From contig CAWFFU010000011.1 in assembly GCA_963815215.1 (NCBI GenBank), positions 192,001 to 256,000 on the forward strand: a DNA stretch of 64,000 bases, written 5' to 3'. The translations under genes and the position numbers were made by a program. Shown piece after piece: positions 7,993 to 17,538 of the stretch; the stretch's first letter is position 1; every line of letters starts with the position of its first letter. The notes beneath the pieces are model-generated. The model was given only the letters and a program-made list of their open reading frames with translations. It did no database searches and was not told where the DNA came from. Source of the stretch: an uncultured Trueperaceae bacterium (GTDB taxonomy: Bacteria; Deinococcota; Deinococci; Deinococcales; Trueperaceae).

Positions 7993-9231
7993 GTGAACCA
8001 ATACGAACGGGTGGATGAAGGCGTTAGCGCTCACGGCGGCCAAATCCTGAAGCATGTCCAGGACCCGAAGCGCTGGCTGGTCAAGGTGTTCATCGGGCGG
8101 GATGCCAAAGGCCGGAAGAAGTATGCCTCGAAAGTAGTTCACGGAACGAAGCGCGAGGCGCGGGCGGTGCTGATCGAGTTGCAGCAGCAGAAGCATCATG
8201 GCCGGCTGGCACCGCGCGGGGCCACCCGTCTCGCCGACCTCGTGGAGGAGTGGGAGCAGCACAAGGCCCGCGACGTCTCGCCGCGCACGCTCAAGGGCTA
8301 TGTCGACGCCCTCCACTGGTACGTGCTTCCCACCCTCGGTCGCCGCCGCTTGCAGGACATCAGCCTTCGTGAGATCGACGCGCTCTATGGGGACATGGCC
8401 GCCGGCACCTTGCCGCCTCCCGAGGCCAACGAGGAAGGCCGTATCGAGGGGTGGCAGGGTGGCGCGCTGAGCGCCCGGACCATCCGGCTTACCCACGTCG
8501 CGCTTTCCCAGGCACTCAAGCAAGCGGTCAAGTGGGGGCTCATCGCATTCAACCCGGCCGCCGAGGCGACGCTGCCGACCAACAAGCCAAAGGAAATGCG
8601 ACCCCTGACGCTGACCGAGCGTGAAGCCTTCATCGCCGCCAGCCAGGGCAGCTTCCACCACCCGCTGTTCCTCACGTTGCTAGGTACGGGTCTGCGCCCC
8701 GGAGAAGCCTGCGGCTTGATGTGGTCCGATCTGGACTTCGCCAACGAACGCATCCACGTTCGGCGCGCTGTTACCCGGGGCGCAGACGGCCAGCGCATGA
8801 CCGCTCACCCGAAGACCTCCAAGAGCCGCCGCGCCCTACCGATGTTCGACCTGCGCGACCCGCTGCTAGCCCACCACGCGTGGCAGACCGAGCGCGGCCT
8901 CGATGCCGGCGGCTACGTCTTCACCAACCAGGACGGCGGCATGCTGGCGCCGTGGGCCTTCAACAAGCGCGAGCTCCTACGCATCGGGACGGCCGCAGGC
9001 ATCGACTTCCCCATCACCCCCTACACCTTCCGGCACACCTTCGCGACCGTTCATCTGCAGCTCGGTACCCCTCTGAAGGTCGTGAGCGAGTGGCTCGGCC
9101 ACTCCACCATCCAGCAGACGGCCAACACCTATCAGCATGTCTCCGACGAGATCGCGACCGATTACGCGGAGCGCTACCTTCAGCGCCTCACGGAAGCCAC
9201 GCAATCAGGGGCCAAGACCGCACCAAATTGA
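7993..9231 (+). CDS. Phage/ICE-type tyrosine integrase
   Basis: N-terminal arm-binding region; TGLRPGE, KTSKS, YTFRHTFAT, LGHS and YQH motifs; RBS GAGGAGG; adjacent to tRNA 3' end. Confidence 0.95.
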   Translation: MNQYERVDEGVSAHGGQILKHVQDPKRWLVKVFIGRDAKGRKKYASKVVHGTKREARAVLIELQQQKHHGRLAPRGATRLADLVEEWEQHKARDVSPRTLKGYVDALHWYVLPTLGRRRLQDISLREIDALYGDMAAGTLPPPEANEEGRIEGWQGGALSARTIRLTHVALSQALKQAVKWGLIAFNPAAEATLPTNKPKEMRPLTLTEREAFIAASQGSFHHPLFLTLLGTGLRPGEACGLMWSDLDFANERIHVRRAVTRGADGQRMTAHPKTSKSRRALPMFDLRDPLLAHHAWQTERGLDAGGYVFTNQDGGMLAPWAFNKRELLRIGTAAGIDFPITPYTFRHTFATVHLQLGTPLKVVSEWLGHSTIQQTANTYQHVSDEIATDYAERYLQRLTEATQSGAKTAPN

Positions 9232-9263
9232 GCGACACAACACTGACACAATATGGCAAGAGA

Positions 9264-9288
9264 AGCGGCCCCGGATTCCGGGGCCGCT
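9264..9288. terminator. Hairpin between the integrase and tRNA-Arg
   Basis: AGCGGCCCCGG-ATT-CCGGGGCCGCT. Confidence 0.6.
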
Positions 9289-9321
9289 CTCTCGTTCTCG
9301 CCGTCTCTGACGGCCTTTCTG

Positions 9322-9398
<77 letters not shown>

Positions 9399-9423
9399 GC
9401 GCGTTGTGAACGCGGGAGCTGCT

Positions 9424-9516
9424 TGGCGGAGAGGGAGGGATTCGAACCCTCGATGGAGGTTTTGCCCCCATACTCCCTTAGCAGGGGAGCGCCTTCAGCC
9501 GCTCGGCCACCTCTCC
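9424..9516 (-). tRNA. tRNA-Ser(GCT)
   Basis: GGAGAGGTGGCCGAGCGGCTGAAGGCGCTCCCCTGCTAAGGGAG...GGTTCGAATCCCTCCCTCTCCGCCA. Confidence 0.97.
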
Positions 9517-9539
9517 CGACTGTACTCCGACCGGACGCT

Positions 9540-9629
9540 TGGCGGAGGGTGAGGGATTCGAACCCCCGGACGGGTCGCCCCGTCAACGGTTTTCAAGACC
9601 GCCGCTTTCGACCACTCAGCCAACCCTCC
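9540..9629 (-). tRNA. tRNA-Ser(TGA)
   Basis: GGAGGGTTGGCTGAGTGGTCGAAAGCGGCGGTCTTGAAAACCG...GGTTCGAATCCCTCACCCTCCGCCA. Confidence 0.97.
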
Positions 9630-9739
9630 GGTCAGCGGCAGCTCACGGCCGAACCCTCCGAATGGTGCCGCCACGGCAACCCTTCGGGACCGGCCATCCG
9701 GTCAGCGTCGGGTAGTATACCCAGCCATCTTTCCCGGTG

Positions 9740-10504
9740 TCAACGCTCTTCCTCGCGCTCACCGAGCCGCTCCGGCGGCTGTTCGGCGGCCCACATCACC
9801 TGGCTCACCAGACCCCGCAAGGTCGCCACCTCGCGCGATGTGAGCGCCAACCGATCGAACATCCCACGGTAGACACGCATGATCGCCCGCTCACGTTGGG
9901 CGTCGGTGTAGCCGATGTAGTGGAACGCCTCGACGAGCTGACCGTAGAACCGCTCGAGCTGCTCGCGCGGCGCCCGCTCCGCGGTGGACGGCACCGCCGG
10001 ACCCCGCACCGGCTCCCCTGCCGTTGCGGCGGGGCCCTGGCGCGCGAGCCGTACCTCGTACGCCACCAGCAGCACCGCCTGCGCCAGGTTGAGCGAGGCG
10101 TACTCGGCCGTCGGGATCGACACGTAGCCCTGGCACAGATTCAGTTCCTCGTTGCTCAGGCCGTGATCCTCGGGGCCGAACAGCACTGCCACTCCATCGT
10201 CGAGCAGCATCGGCGCCGCCTGGCGCGGGGGCCAGGTGGGGAGCGTGTCGGTGCCGCGTCGCCGCGCGCTGGTGCCGAGGACGAAGCGGCGGTCGGCGAT
10301 GGCCTCTTCCACCGTGTCCACCACCCGCGCCGCCGCGAGCACGTCTCCGGCATGCGACGCCAGCGCGCGGGCGCGGTCGTCGATCCTGCACCGTGGCGCC
10401 ACCAGCACCAGCTCCTGCAGGCCGAAGTTCTTCATGGCGCGCGCGGCCGCGCCAACGTTGGCGGACTCCTTGCTACGGACCAGTACGATGCGGGGTTCTG
10501 CCAC
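9740..10504 (-). CDS. trmJ: TrmJ/TrmH-family (SPOUT) RNA methyltransferase
   Basis: NVGAAARAMKNFGL, LFGPEDHGLSNEEL and SLNLAQAV motifs; leaderless TAGCTT-N5-GTG. Confidence 0.88.
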   Translation of the reverse strand: MAEPRIVLVRSKESANVGAAARAMKNFGLQELVLVAPRCRIDDRARALASHAGDVLAAARVVDTVEEAIADRRFVLGTSARRRGTDTLPTWPPRQAAPMLLDDGVAVLFGPEDHGLSNEELNLCQGYVSIPTAEYASLNLAQAVLLVAYEVRLARQGPAATAGEPVRGPAVPSTAERAPREQLERFYGQLVEAFHYIGYTDAQRERAIMRVYRGMFDRLALTSREVATLRGLVSQVMWAAEQPPERLGEREEER

Positions 10505-10624
10505 GACCCAAGCTACCAGGGGCGCGCCGGCCGCACCCTTCGGGCCCCCGGACCGGTATCCCGAGAAGCCGGGATTCGTCGTTGGGGACACGGTTACCCG
10601 CACCCCGCGTGCTAGCGTGTAGGC

Positions 10625-11209
10625 ATGACTCGCCGGTTGTTCTCCAAGCGCCCCGACGACCCGCGGCTTCCGCCCGGGCAGAGCCTCACCCAGGGCTTCC
10701 CGGTGCTGACGTACGGGCCCACCCCACGACTGGCGAAAGAGGACGCGACGCTCACCATCAGCGGCCTTGCGACGGCACGCACCTTCGGCTGGGACGACCT
10801 CATGGCGCTACCGCAGAGCGACGTTCGGCGCGACTTCCACTGCGTCACGCGCTGGTCGAAGTACGACGTCGGTTGGACGGGCGTCCTCACGCGCGACCTG
10901 ATCCAGCAACTGGAGGTCGATCCCACGGCCACTCACGTGATGTTGCGCTGCTACGGCGGCTACACCACCAACCTCGGCCTGGAAGACTTCCTCGCCGACG
11001 GCTGCCTCCTCGCCCACCGCCTGGAAGGCGAGGACATCCCGACCGAACACGGTGGGCCGCTGCGCGCCATCGTCCCCCATCTGTACGCCTGGAAGAGCGC
11101 CAAGTGGGTCTCCGAGCTGTACTTCATGAACCGGAACGAGCCCGGCTTCTGGGAGCGGAACGGTTACCACATGCGCGGCGAACCGTTCGCCGAGGAGCGC
11201 TTCAGCTGA
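10625..11209 (+). CDS. Sulfite oxidase-like molybdopterin oxidoreductase
   Basis: RLPPGQ, DFHCVTRWS, EHGGPLR, YAWKSAKW and GFWERNGYH motifs. Confidence 0.92.
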   Translation: MTRRLFSKRPDDPRLPPGQSLTQGFPVLTYGPTPRLAKEDATLTISGLATARTFGWDDLMALPQSDVRRDFHCVTRWSKYDVGWTGVLTRDLIQQLEVDPTATHVMLRCYGGYTTNLGLEDFLADGCLLAHRLEGEDIPTEHGGPLRAIVPHLYAWKSAKWVSELYFMNRNEPGFWERNGYHMRGEPFAEERFS

Positions 11210-11244
11210 CGTCGGGTCGGGCCCCGGACCCACCGACGCACGAA

Positions 11245-11279
11245 GAACGGGCGCCGTCCTCAGCGGACGGCGCCCGTTC
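11245..11279. terminator. Bidirectional hairpin between convergent genes
   Basis: GAACGGGCGCCGTCC-TCAGC-GGACGGCGCCCGTTC, 15-bp stem. Confidence 0.7.
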
Positions 11280-11301
11280 AAGAGCCTCGCGTTCAGGGGC
11301 C

Positions 11302-11583
11302 TCAGGAGCTCAGGCGGGCTTCCTTGATCGCACTGAGGTGACGCGCCAGGCGCGCCTTCTTGCGCGCGGCGGTGTTCTTGTGGATCGTGGACACCTTGAT
11401 GGCCTTGTCGACCAGGCTCTGCACGACCTTCTGGTACTTGGCCGCGGCATCGAAGTCGCCGGACTCGGCCGCCGCCACCGCCTTCTTGGTGAAGGTGCGG
11501 ATGGTGCTCTTGCGCGCCCGGTTGGCGAGGCGGGCCTTCTCGGATTGGCGATGGTACTTCATCGCGGACGGGTTCCTGGCCAT
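11302..11583 (-). CDS. rpsT: 30S ribosomal protein S20
   Basis: SAMKYHRQSEKARLANRARKSTIRT...IHKNTAARKKARL. Confidence 0.95.
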   Translation of the reverse strand: MARNPSAMKYHRQSEKARLANRARKSTIRTFTKKAVAAAESGDFDAAAKYQKVVQSLVDKAIKVSTIHKNTAARKKARLARHLSAIKEARLSS

Positions 11584-11837
11584 GGTTCTCCTTCGAGTCT
11601 CTCCAGGCGCGCCTTCGCAGGCACGCGGACGTTATCACGACGAACGGTCCGGTACGGGACCGGCAGCCTTTGAATGCTAGCACGGCGCGGCGTCCATGGC
11701 AACGGGCCGGGCGGCGTCCCCCCCGAGTGACGTGTCGCTGCAGACGCTGTCCACGCCCCCGACAGCGTAGACTGCCGAAGCTATGTCCGCTCGGTCTTGA
11801 GGTCCTCTCGGCCGGTGGTTAGCCAGAAGGGATCCCT

Positions 11838-13316
11838 TTGAGTTTCGAACCGTACAACCTCGATGCCCGCATCCAGTCGGGCATCCGAGCGGCGGGCTAC
11901 GTCAGCCCGACCCCGATCCAGGAGCGCGCGCTACCGCCTGCGCTCGAGGGACGGGACGTGCTGGGCCTCGCCCAGACCGGCACCGGCAAGACCGCCGGCT
12001 TCGTCCTCCCCATCCTCCAGCGCTTGCTGAGCGGCCCCCGCGGCCGCATCCGGGCGCTGATCGTTGCGCCCACCCGCGAGTTGGCGGAGCAGATCCACGG
12101 CGAGATCACCAAGCTCGGTCGCCAGACCGGTCTTCGCAGTGCCACCGTCTACGGCGGCGTCGGCTTCGCCCAGCAGGAGGCAGCGCTGCGCGGCCGCGCG
12201 GAGATCATCGTGGTGTGCCCCGGCCGTTTCCTCGACCATCTGGGGCGCGGCAACGCCGACCTCCGGGCGCTCGAGGTCGTGGTGCTCGACGAGGCCGACC
12301 ACCTGCTGGACATGGGCTTCCTGCCCGACGTCCGGCGCATCCTGGCGAAGGTCCCGGACGACGCTCAGCGCATGCTCTTCTCCGCCACCATGCCGTCGGA
12401 GTTGGGCGGCCTGGTCGAGGAGATGCTGGACGACCCCGTGACCGTCGAGGTCGACCGGCGCGAGCCCGCCAAGACCATCGATCAGGCCCTCTACCCGGTG
12501 CACGGCACCGAGAAGACCGACCTGCTCAGGCACTTCCTGAAGGAGCACGACCCGCGCTCGACGCTGGTGTTCACGCGCACGAAGCACCGCGCCAAGAAGC
12601 TGGCGGCGCAGCTCGACCGCGAGAACCACTTCGTCACCGCGATCCAGGGCAACCTGTCGCAGAACAAGCGCCAGAAGGCGCTCGACGGCTTCCGCGACGG
12701 GCACTATCACATCCTCGTGGCGACCGATATCGCCGCCCGCGGGATCGACGTCTCGCGCGTCTCCCACGTGATCAACTACGACATGCCGGACACCGTCGAC
12801 GCGTACATCCATCGCATCGGCCGCACCGGCCGCATGGAACGCAGCGGCCAGGCGCTCACCTTCGTGACGCCGGAAGACGGCGCCATGGTGAAGGCGATCG
12901 AGCAGCGCCTGGGTCGGCGTATCGAGCGGGTCAGCATCGACGGCTTCGGTAAGGGCGCCGACATCTCGACCTCCGACCGGCCCGCCCAGCGCGCGCCCGG
13001 CAGGTCCTCACGAACCGGCAGCGGGCGGCAGCGCTCCAACGGCGCAGGTCGGAGCGGGGCTCCGGGTCGTTCCAACGGAGCGGGCCGTTCCAACGCAGCC
13101 GATCGGTCCACGAGTCGGTCCACGGACCGCTCCAACGACCCTGCGAGCACCAGCGGCGCGCAGCGCAGCACGCAGCCTGTCGACAGCGCCGGCGGGAGCG
13201 GCTCCAAGCCCGCGGCGAACGGCTCGCGCCGCCGTCGGCGGCGCGGCCGCGGCCGCTCGCGCGGCGGCACCGGGCAGGGCGCCTCGGCGCCCGAAGGGGG
13301 CGGCCGGGACCGCTAG
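11838..13316 (+). CDS. DEAD-box RNA helicase (RhlE-like) with a low-complexity basic tail
   Basis: AQTGTGKT, PTRELA, DEAD, SAT, ARGID and HRIGRTGR motifs. Confidence 0.95.
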   Translation: MSFEPYNLDARIQSGIRAAGYVSPTPIQERALPPALEGRDVLGLAQTGTGKTAGFVLPILQRLLSGPRGRIRALIVAPTRELAEQIHGEITKLGRQTGLRSATVYGGVGFAQQEAALRGRAEIIVVCPGRFLDHLGRGNADLRALEVVVLDEADHLLDMGFLPDVRRILAKVPDDAQRMLFSATMPSELGGLVEEMLDDPVTVEVDRREPAKTIDQALYPVHGTEKTDLLRHFLKEHDPRSTLVFTRTKHRAKKLAAQLDRENHFVTAIQGNLSQNKRQKALDGFRDGHYHILVATDIAARGIDVSRVSHVINYDMPDTVDAYIHRIGRTGRMERSGQALTFVTPEDGAMVKAIEQRLGRRIERVSIDGFGKGADISTSDRPAQRAPGRSSRTGSGRQRSNGAGRSGAPGRSNGAGRSNAADRSTSRSTDRSNDPASTSGAQRSTQPVDSAGGSGSKPAANGSRRRRRRGRGRSRGGTGQGASAPEGGGRDR

Positions 13317-13326
13317 ATCCTTACTT

Positions 13327-13357
13327 CGGCGCCGGACGGACGGTTCCGTCCGGCGCC
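13327..13357. terminator. Hairpin after the helicase gene
   Basis: CGGCGCCGGACGGA-CGGT-TCCGTCCGGCGCCG. Confidence 0.6.
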
Positions 13358-13449
13358 GAGGCCCGTCGAGGGGACGGACGGCCCTATGGGGACCGCCCGA
13401 CAACGGACAAGATGGACGCGGTAGTCTGGGGTCGCTGGAGACGTACCGC

Positions 13450-14175
13450 ATGGAAGTGACGCGCCGGCAGGAGACCTTCATCCGCACCCTGGTCGACCTC
13501 TACCGGGAGCATGCCGAGCCCATCCACTACTCGCGTCTCGCCGAGCAGCTCGGGGTGAGCCCGTTCACGGCGTACGACATGTTGCGGCTGCTCGAGGAAC
13601 GTGGCTACGCCCGCTCCGAGTACTACCTCGACGAGGGCAAGCGCCAGCCGGGGCGTTCGACCATCGTGTTCACGCCGACCGCCAAGGCCCACGGCCTGAT
13701 GGCGGAACTCAGTGCCGACGTCCCCCCCGGTGACTGGGAGAGCGTCAAGGAGGCGCTGGTCGAGCGCCTCCGGAGCGGTAGCTTCCCCGATCCCGACCTG
13801 GTGGTAGGGGTCCTGGCGAGCGTTCCGCAGAGCGACACCCCAGTGCTGCGCTACTGCACCGAAGTCGCGACGGTGTTGATGCTCCGGCTGTGGCGGGCCG
13901 GACGCATCGACGACGCCCGTGGCTACCTCCGTGGCTTCCTGCGGCCGGCGAGCGGCGAGACCCGGCAGATGCTGCTCCTGCTCGTGGGCTTCGCCGCCGG
14001 CGTGCTGGCGGGTCCGTCCGCGGACGAGGCCGACGGCTTCGACGAGGTGCTGCAGCACGCGACCGGCTACCTGGGCTTCGTGAGCGCCATGCCGGACGAC
14101 GAGTGCGACCAGCTCGCGGTCAATCTCCAGGAAGCCCTGGGCCCGCTGCTGGACGCACCCGGCCCGAACACCTGA
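13450..14175 (+). CDS. Winged-helix transcriptional regulator
   Basis: PIHYSRLAEQLGVSPFTAYDMLRLLEERGY wHTH; precedes the transporter operon. Confidence 0.7.
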   Translation: MEVTRRQETFIRTLVDLYREHAEPIHYSRLAEQLGVSPFTAYDMLRLLEERGYARSEYYLDEGKRQPGRSTIVFTPTAKAHGLMAELSADVPPGDWESVKEALVERLRSGSFPDPDLVVGVLASVPQSDTPVLRYCTEVATVLMLRLWRAGRIDDARGYLRGFLRPASGETRQMLLLLVGFAAGVLAGPSADEADGFDEVLQHATGYLGFVSAMPDDECDQLAVNLQEALGPLLDAPGPNT

Positions 14176-14496
14176 TCGTAGCTCCCGTCCGGGCACGCCG
14201 CCCGAGGGCGTTGTGCGCTCCCCTTCCCCTTCCGACCGTCCACTCCGCTGCATCGCCGGCCCCCCGCTCGGCCGGGCCTCGGGACAACTAGCCCTGGTCC
14301 GTCGGCGGGCGGCCCCGCTAGTATTGATTGGTTATTTTGGATTCTTGGGTCTTTGTGCCCCCAGGAGCGTGAGCAGCGTGGACACCCACGACGTACCCGT
14401 CCGGCCGCCGCGACGCCGGCCGCGGAGCCGCGCACGCGCCACCCCGGTACCGTCCCCGATCGCTCCCGACATCGGCCTCTCGGGAGGCCCCCAGTG

Positions 14497-16773
14497 ATGA
14501 CCGCGCTGATGGACCGGATCGCCGACCTGGCCCTGAAGCGGGGCCGCGTTGTCATCGCCGTCTTCGCCGCGCTCACGCTCCTCGCCGGAGCGGGCCTGGT
14601 GCGGTTGCGGCTCGACAACTCCATCACCGCCATGTACCCCGACAACTCGACGGCGGCGGCGCTGCAGACCCAGGCCGAGAACACCTTCGGCGGCGGCAAG
14701 CTGCTCATCGCGGTGGTGGAAGGCGACATCTACTCGCCGAAGGGGCTCTCCGACCTCCACCGCCTCACCGCCTCGCTCACGGCCGTCGACGGCGTGCGCC
14801 GCGTCACCAGCGCGGCCAACGCCCGCGTCATGACGGACGACGACGGGTTGCTGCGCATCGACGCTCTGGTCGATCCCCAGCATCTCGGACCGGAGGACAT
14901 CGCGCGCATACGCGCCTTCCTGGCCACCTCCGACCTCTACGGCCACGAACGCTTCGTCAACCGGGCCGGCACGGCGGCCTCGATCGTGATGCAGATCGAC
15001 CCCGCGGCCGACGCGGGGCCCGTCCTGCGTTCCATCGACGGGGTGCTCGCCTCCGACTGGCCCGGCCCCGCCCATGTCGCGGGCAACGCCCTCGTCGAAG
15101 TCGAGATGGGCCGCACCGTGCGGCACGACTTCCCGGTGCTGGTGTCGTTGGCCGCCGTACTGATCCTCGCCATGCTCTTCCTCAACTTCCGCAGCGCCCA
15201 GGGCACGGTGCTGCCCCTGTTGACGGTCGTCCTCGGTCTGATCTGGTCGATGGGCGCCATGGGGTGGCTGGGGCAGGGCATCACCACCCTCAACATCGTC
15301 GGCCCGGTGGCCATCCTGGCCGTCGGCAGTTCGTTCTCGCTCCACCTGCTGGGCCGCTACTACTTCGACCTGGCGCACGGTCGCGGCAAGACCGACGCCA
15401 TCCGCCTGGCCGTCCGCGAGACCGGGCTCGGCGTGCTGATCTCGGGCGTGGCCATCACTGCGGCCATGTGCACGCTGTTCCTGTCGTCCATGCCCACCGT
15501 ACGTGTGCTGGCCCTGTTCACGGGCGGTGGCGTGTTCACCTCGCTGGTGGCATCGCTGCTACTCCTGCCCGCCATCCTCGCCCTGCTCCCGGCACCGAAG
15601 CACGTCCCCGACCCGGCTTCCCCGATGTTCCTGGAGCGCCTGTTGCGGCGTCTGGGTACCTTCGTCAGCCGCCGGCGTCGGGCGATCCTGGTCACCGGCG
15701 GGCTGCTGGCGGTGCTCGCCGCGGTCGGAGCGGCGCGCATCGTGCCAGACACCGCGGTGCTCTCCTACTTCGGCAAGAACTCCGCTGTGAGGCAGAGCTA
15801 CGACGTCGTCGAGCGGACCTTCGGCGGCTCGAGCCAGATCGAGGTGCTCGTTACCGGCGACCTCAACGACCCCGGCCTGCTCGCGGCGATGCTCGCCTTC
15901 GAGCGCGGGGTCGACGCGCTGCCGGCCATCGGCTCCAGCACCTCCATCGCCGACGTCATCCAGACCATCCACGGCACCCTCACCGGCCAGAGCGGGCTTC
16001 CGCGGACCCGCCAGGCGGTCGCCCAGGAGCTGCTCGTCTACCAGATGTCCGGCGACGTGAGCGACATCACCCAGTTCATGACCCTCGACGCCAGCCAGGG
16101 GATCGTCGAGATCACCACCAGCGCGCACTCCACGGCGGCGCTCCACCAGGTCTTCGGCGAGGTCCAGAGGATCGCGGCGGCCACCATCGGGAACCGCGCC
16201 GAGCTCGGCTACACCGGCCTGGCGCTCCTCCAGCTCGCCATCGAGAAGGCGTTGCTGCACGACTTCATCCTCAGCCTCACCCTCGCCATCGCCGTGGTCA
16301 TCGTCATCGACAGCCTGGTGCGCTCGCTCTCCGCCGCCCTGGTCACCATCCTGGCACTGCTGCTGACGATCGTGCTGCAGTACGGCGTTCTCGGGTTCCT
16401 CGGCATCCCACTCGACCTCGCCACCATGCTCCTCGGCGCGCTCGCCGTCGGCGTGGGCGACTACGCCATCCACCTGACGGTGCGCTACTTGGAGGAGCGC
16501 CGCCACAGCTCCAGCGCCGAGGCGGCCATGGAGGAGGCGCTGGCGACCTCAGGTCGCTCGATCCTGTTCACGGCCCTCACGCTCGGCGCCGGTTTCGCCT
16601 CGATGATCACCAGCAGTTTCATCCCGATCCGCACGCTCGGATCGCTCATGACGTTCACCGTCGCTTCCATCGGGATCGTGTCCCTCACGCTGCTCCCCGC
16701 TGCGTGCCTGGTCTTCCTCCGGGATCCACGGTCCCCCCGCTCCATCCACCGGGAGGTGTCGCACCGTGCCTAG
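14497..16773 (+). CDS. MMPL/RND-family transporter
   Basis: Two repeats of a TM helix, periplasmic loop and 5 TM helices; GVGDYAIH motif; RBS GGAGG. Confidence 0.9.
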   Translation: MTALMDRIADLALKRGRVVIAVFAALTLLAGAGLVRLRLDNSITAMYPDNSTAAALQTQAENTFGGGKLLIAVVEGDIYSPKGLSDLHRLTASLTAVDGVRRVTSAANARVMTDDDGLLRIDALVDPQHLGPEDIARIRAFLATSDLYGHERFVNRAGTAASIVMQIDPAADAGPVLRSIDGVLASDWPGPAHVAGNALVEVEMGRTVRHDFPVLVSLAAVLILAMLFLNFRSAQGTVLPLLTVVLGLIWSMGAMGWLGQGITTLNIVGPVAILAVGSSFSLHLLGRYYFDLAHGRGKTDAIRLAVRETGLGVLISGVAITAAMCTLFLSSMPTVRVLALFTGGGVFTSLVASLLLLPAILALLPAPKHVPDPASPMFLERLLRRLGTFVSRRRRAILVTGGLLAVLAAVGAARIVPDTAVLSYFGKNSAVRQSYDVVERTFGGSSQIEVLVTGDLNDPGLLAAMLAFERGVDALPAIGSSTSIADVIQTIHGTLTGQSGLPRTRQAVAQELLVYQMSGDVSDITQFMTLDASQGIVEITTSAHSTAALHQVFGEVQRIAAATIGNRAELGYTGLALLQLAIEKALLHDFILSLTLAIAVVIVIDSLVRSLSAALVTILALLLTIVLQYGVLGFLGIPLDLATMLLGALAVGVGDYAIHLTVRYLEERRHSSSAEAAMEEALATSGRSILFTALTLGAGFASMITSSFIPIRTLGSLMTFTVASIGIVSLTLLPAACLVFLRDPRSPRSIHREVSHRA

Positions 16774-17536
16774 GCGCCCGTTGCTCTCGTTCTTCGCCGC
16801 GCTGGTCGTGATCGCGGGTCTTCCCTGCGCTCTCGCCCAGAAGTACAGCACCGCCGACCAGGTCATGGACGCCGTGGACGCGAGGCCGGTCCCGTCGGAC
16901 CTCGTCTCCACCATGACCATGACCGTCACCGCCAAGTCCGGCCAGAGCCTGACCCGCAGCATGGACATCTGGTCGGCCGGCGACGGCGACAGGCAGGTCA
17001 TCAAGTTCACCGCGCCGGCCGACATCAAGGGCTCGGGCTTCCTGTCGATCACGATGCCCGACGGCGCCACCCAGTCGATGATCTACCTGCCTGCCCTGGA
17101 CCGCACGCGGCGCATCGCCGGCAGCCAGAAGCAGGAAGCGTTCTTCGGCTCCGACTTCTCCTACGAGGACATCAGCGACCTGCAGAGCGGCACTCGCAAG
17201 AACTACGTCAACGAACTGCTGAAGGTCGAGCCCGGCCCGGTCTACGTGGTGCAGTCCACCCCCAAGGCCGACGCCGAGACCAGCTACGAGAAGCTCGTGC
17301 TCGAGATCCCCGAGGCCAGCCTGCTGCCGCGCCGCATCGAGTTCTACCGGAACGGCGCCCTGCTCAAGGTCATGACCATCAGCGAGACCGCGGAGGTGGG
17401 CGGCTACGTCCTCCCCAGCGAGCTGCGCATGGAGACCGTCGCCCGCGGCTCCTCCACGACCATCCGGCAGAGCGACTTCGCCGTGGAAGAGACCATCCCC
17501 GACGAGGTGTTCACCGAACGATTCCTGAGGAGGTGA
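16766..17536 (+). CDS. Outer-membrane lipoprotein-sorting (LolA-like) protein
   Basis: Signal peptide; FTAPADIKGSGFL, IYLPALDRTRRIA, FFGSDFSYED and VFTERFL motifs. Confidence 0.88.
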   Translation: MPRRPLLSFFAALVVIAGLPCALAQKYSTADQVMDAVDARPVPSDLVSTMTMTVTAKSGQSLTRSMDIWSAGDGDRQVIKFTAPADIKGSGFLSITMPDGATQSMIYLPALDRTRRIAGSQKQEAFFGSDFSYEDISDLQSGTRKNYVNELLKVEPGPVYVVQSTPKADAETSYEKLVLEIPEASLLPRRIEFYRNGALLKVMTISETAEVGGYVLPSELRMETVARGSSTTIRQSDFAVEETIPDEVFTERFLRR

Positions 17537-17538
17537 GC

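Larger units (their letters stand above)
1..9321. mobile_element. Composite integrative element / genomic island (right arm) inserted at the 3' end of tRNA-Arg(ACG); left boundary lies outside the window
   Basis: Integrase 7993-9231 ends 90 bp from the tRNA-Arg 3' end; second recombinase, integrase remnant, two xis-like HTH genes, accessory cargo; lower GC and different codon usage than downstream core genes. Confidence 0.85.
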
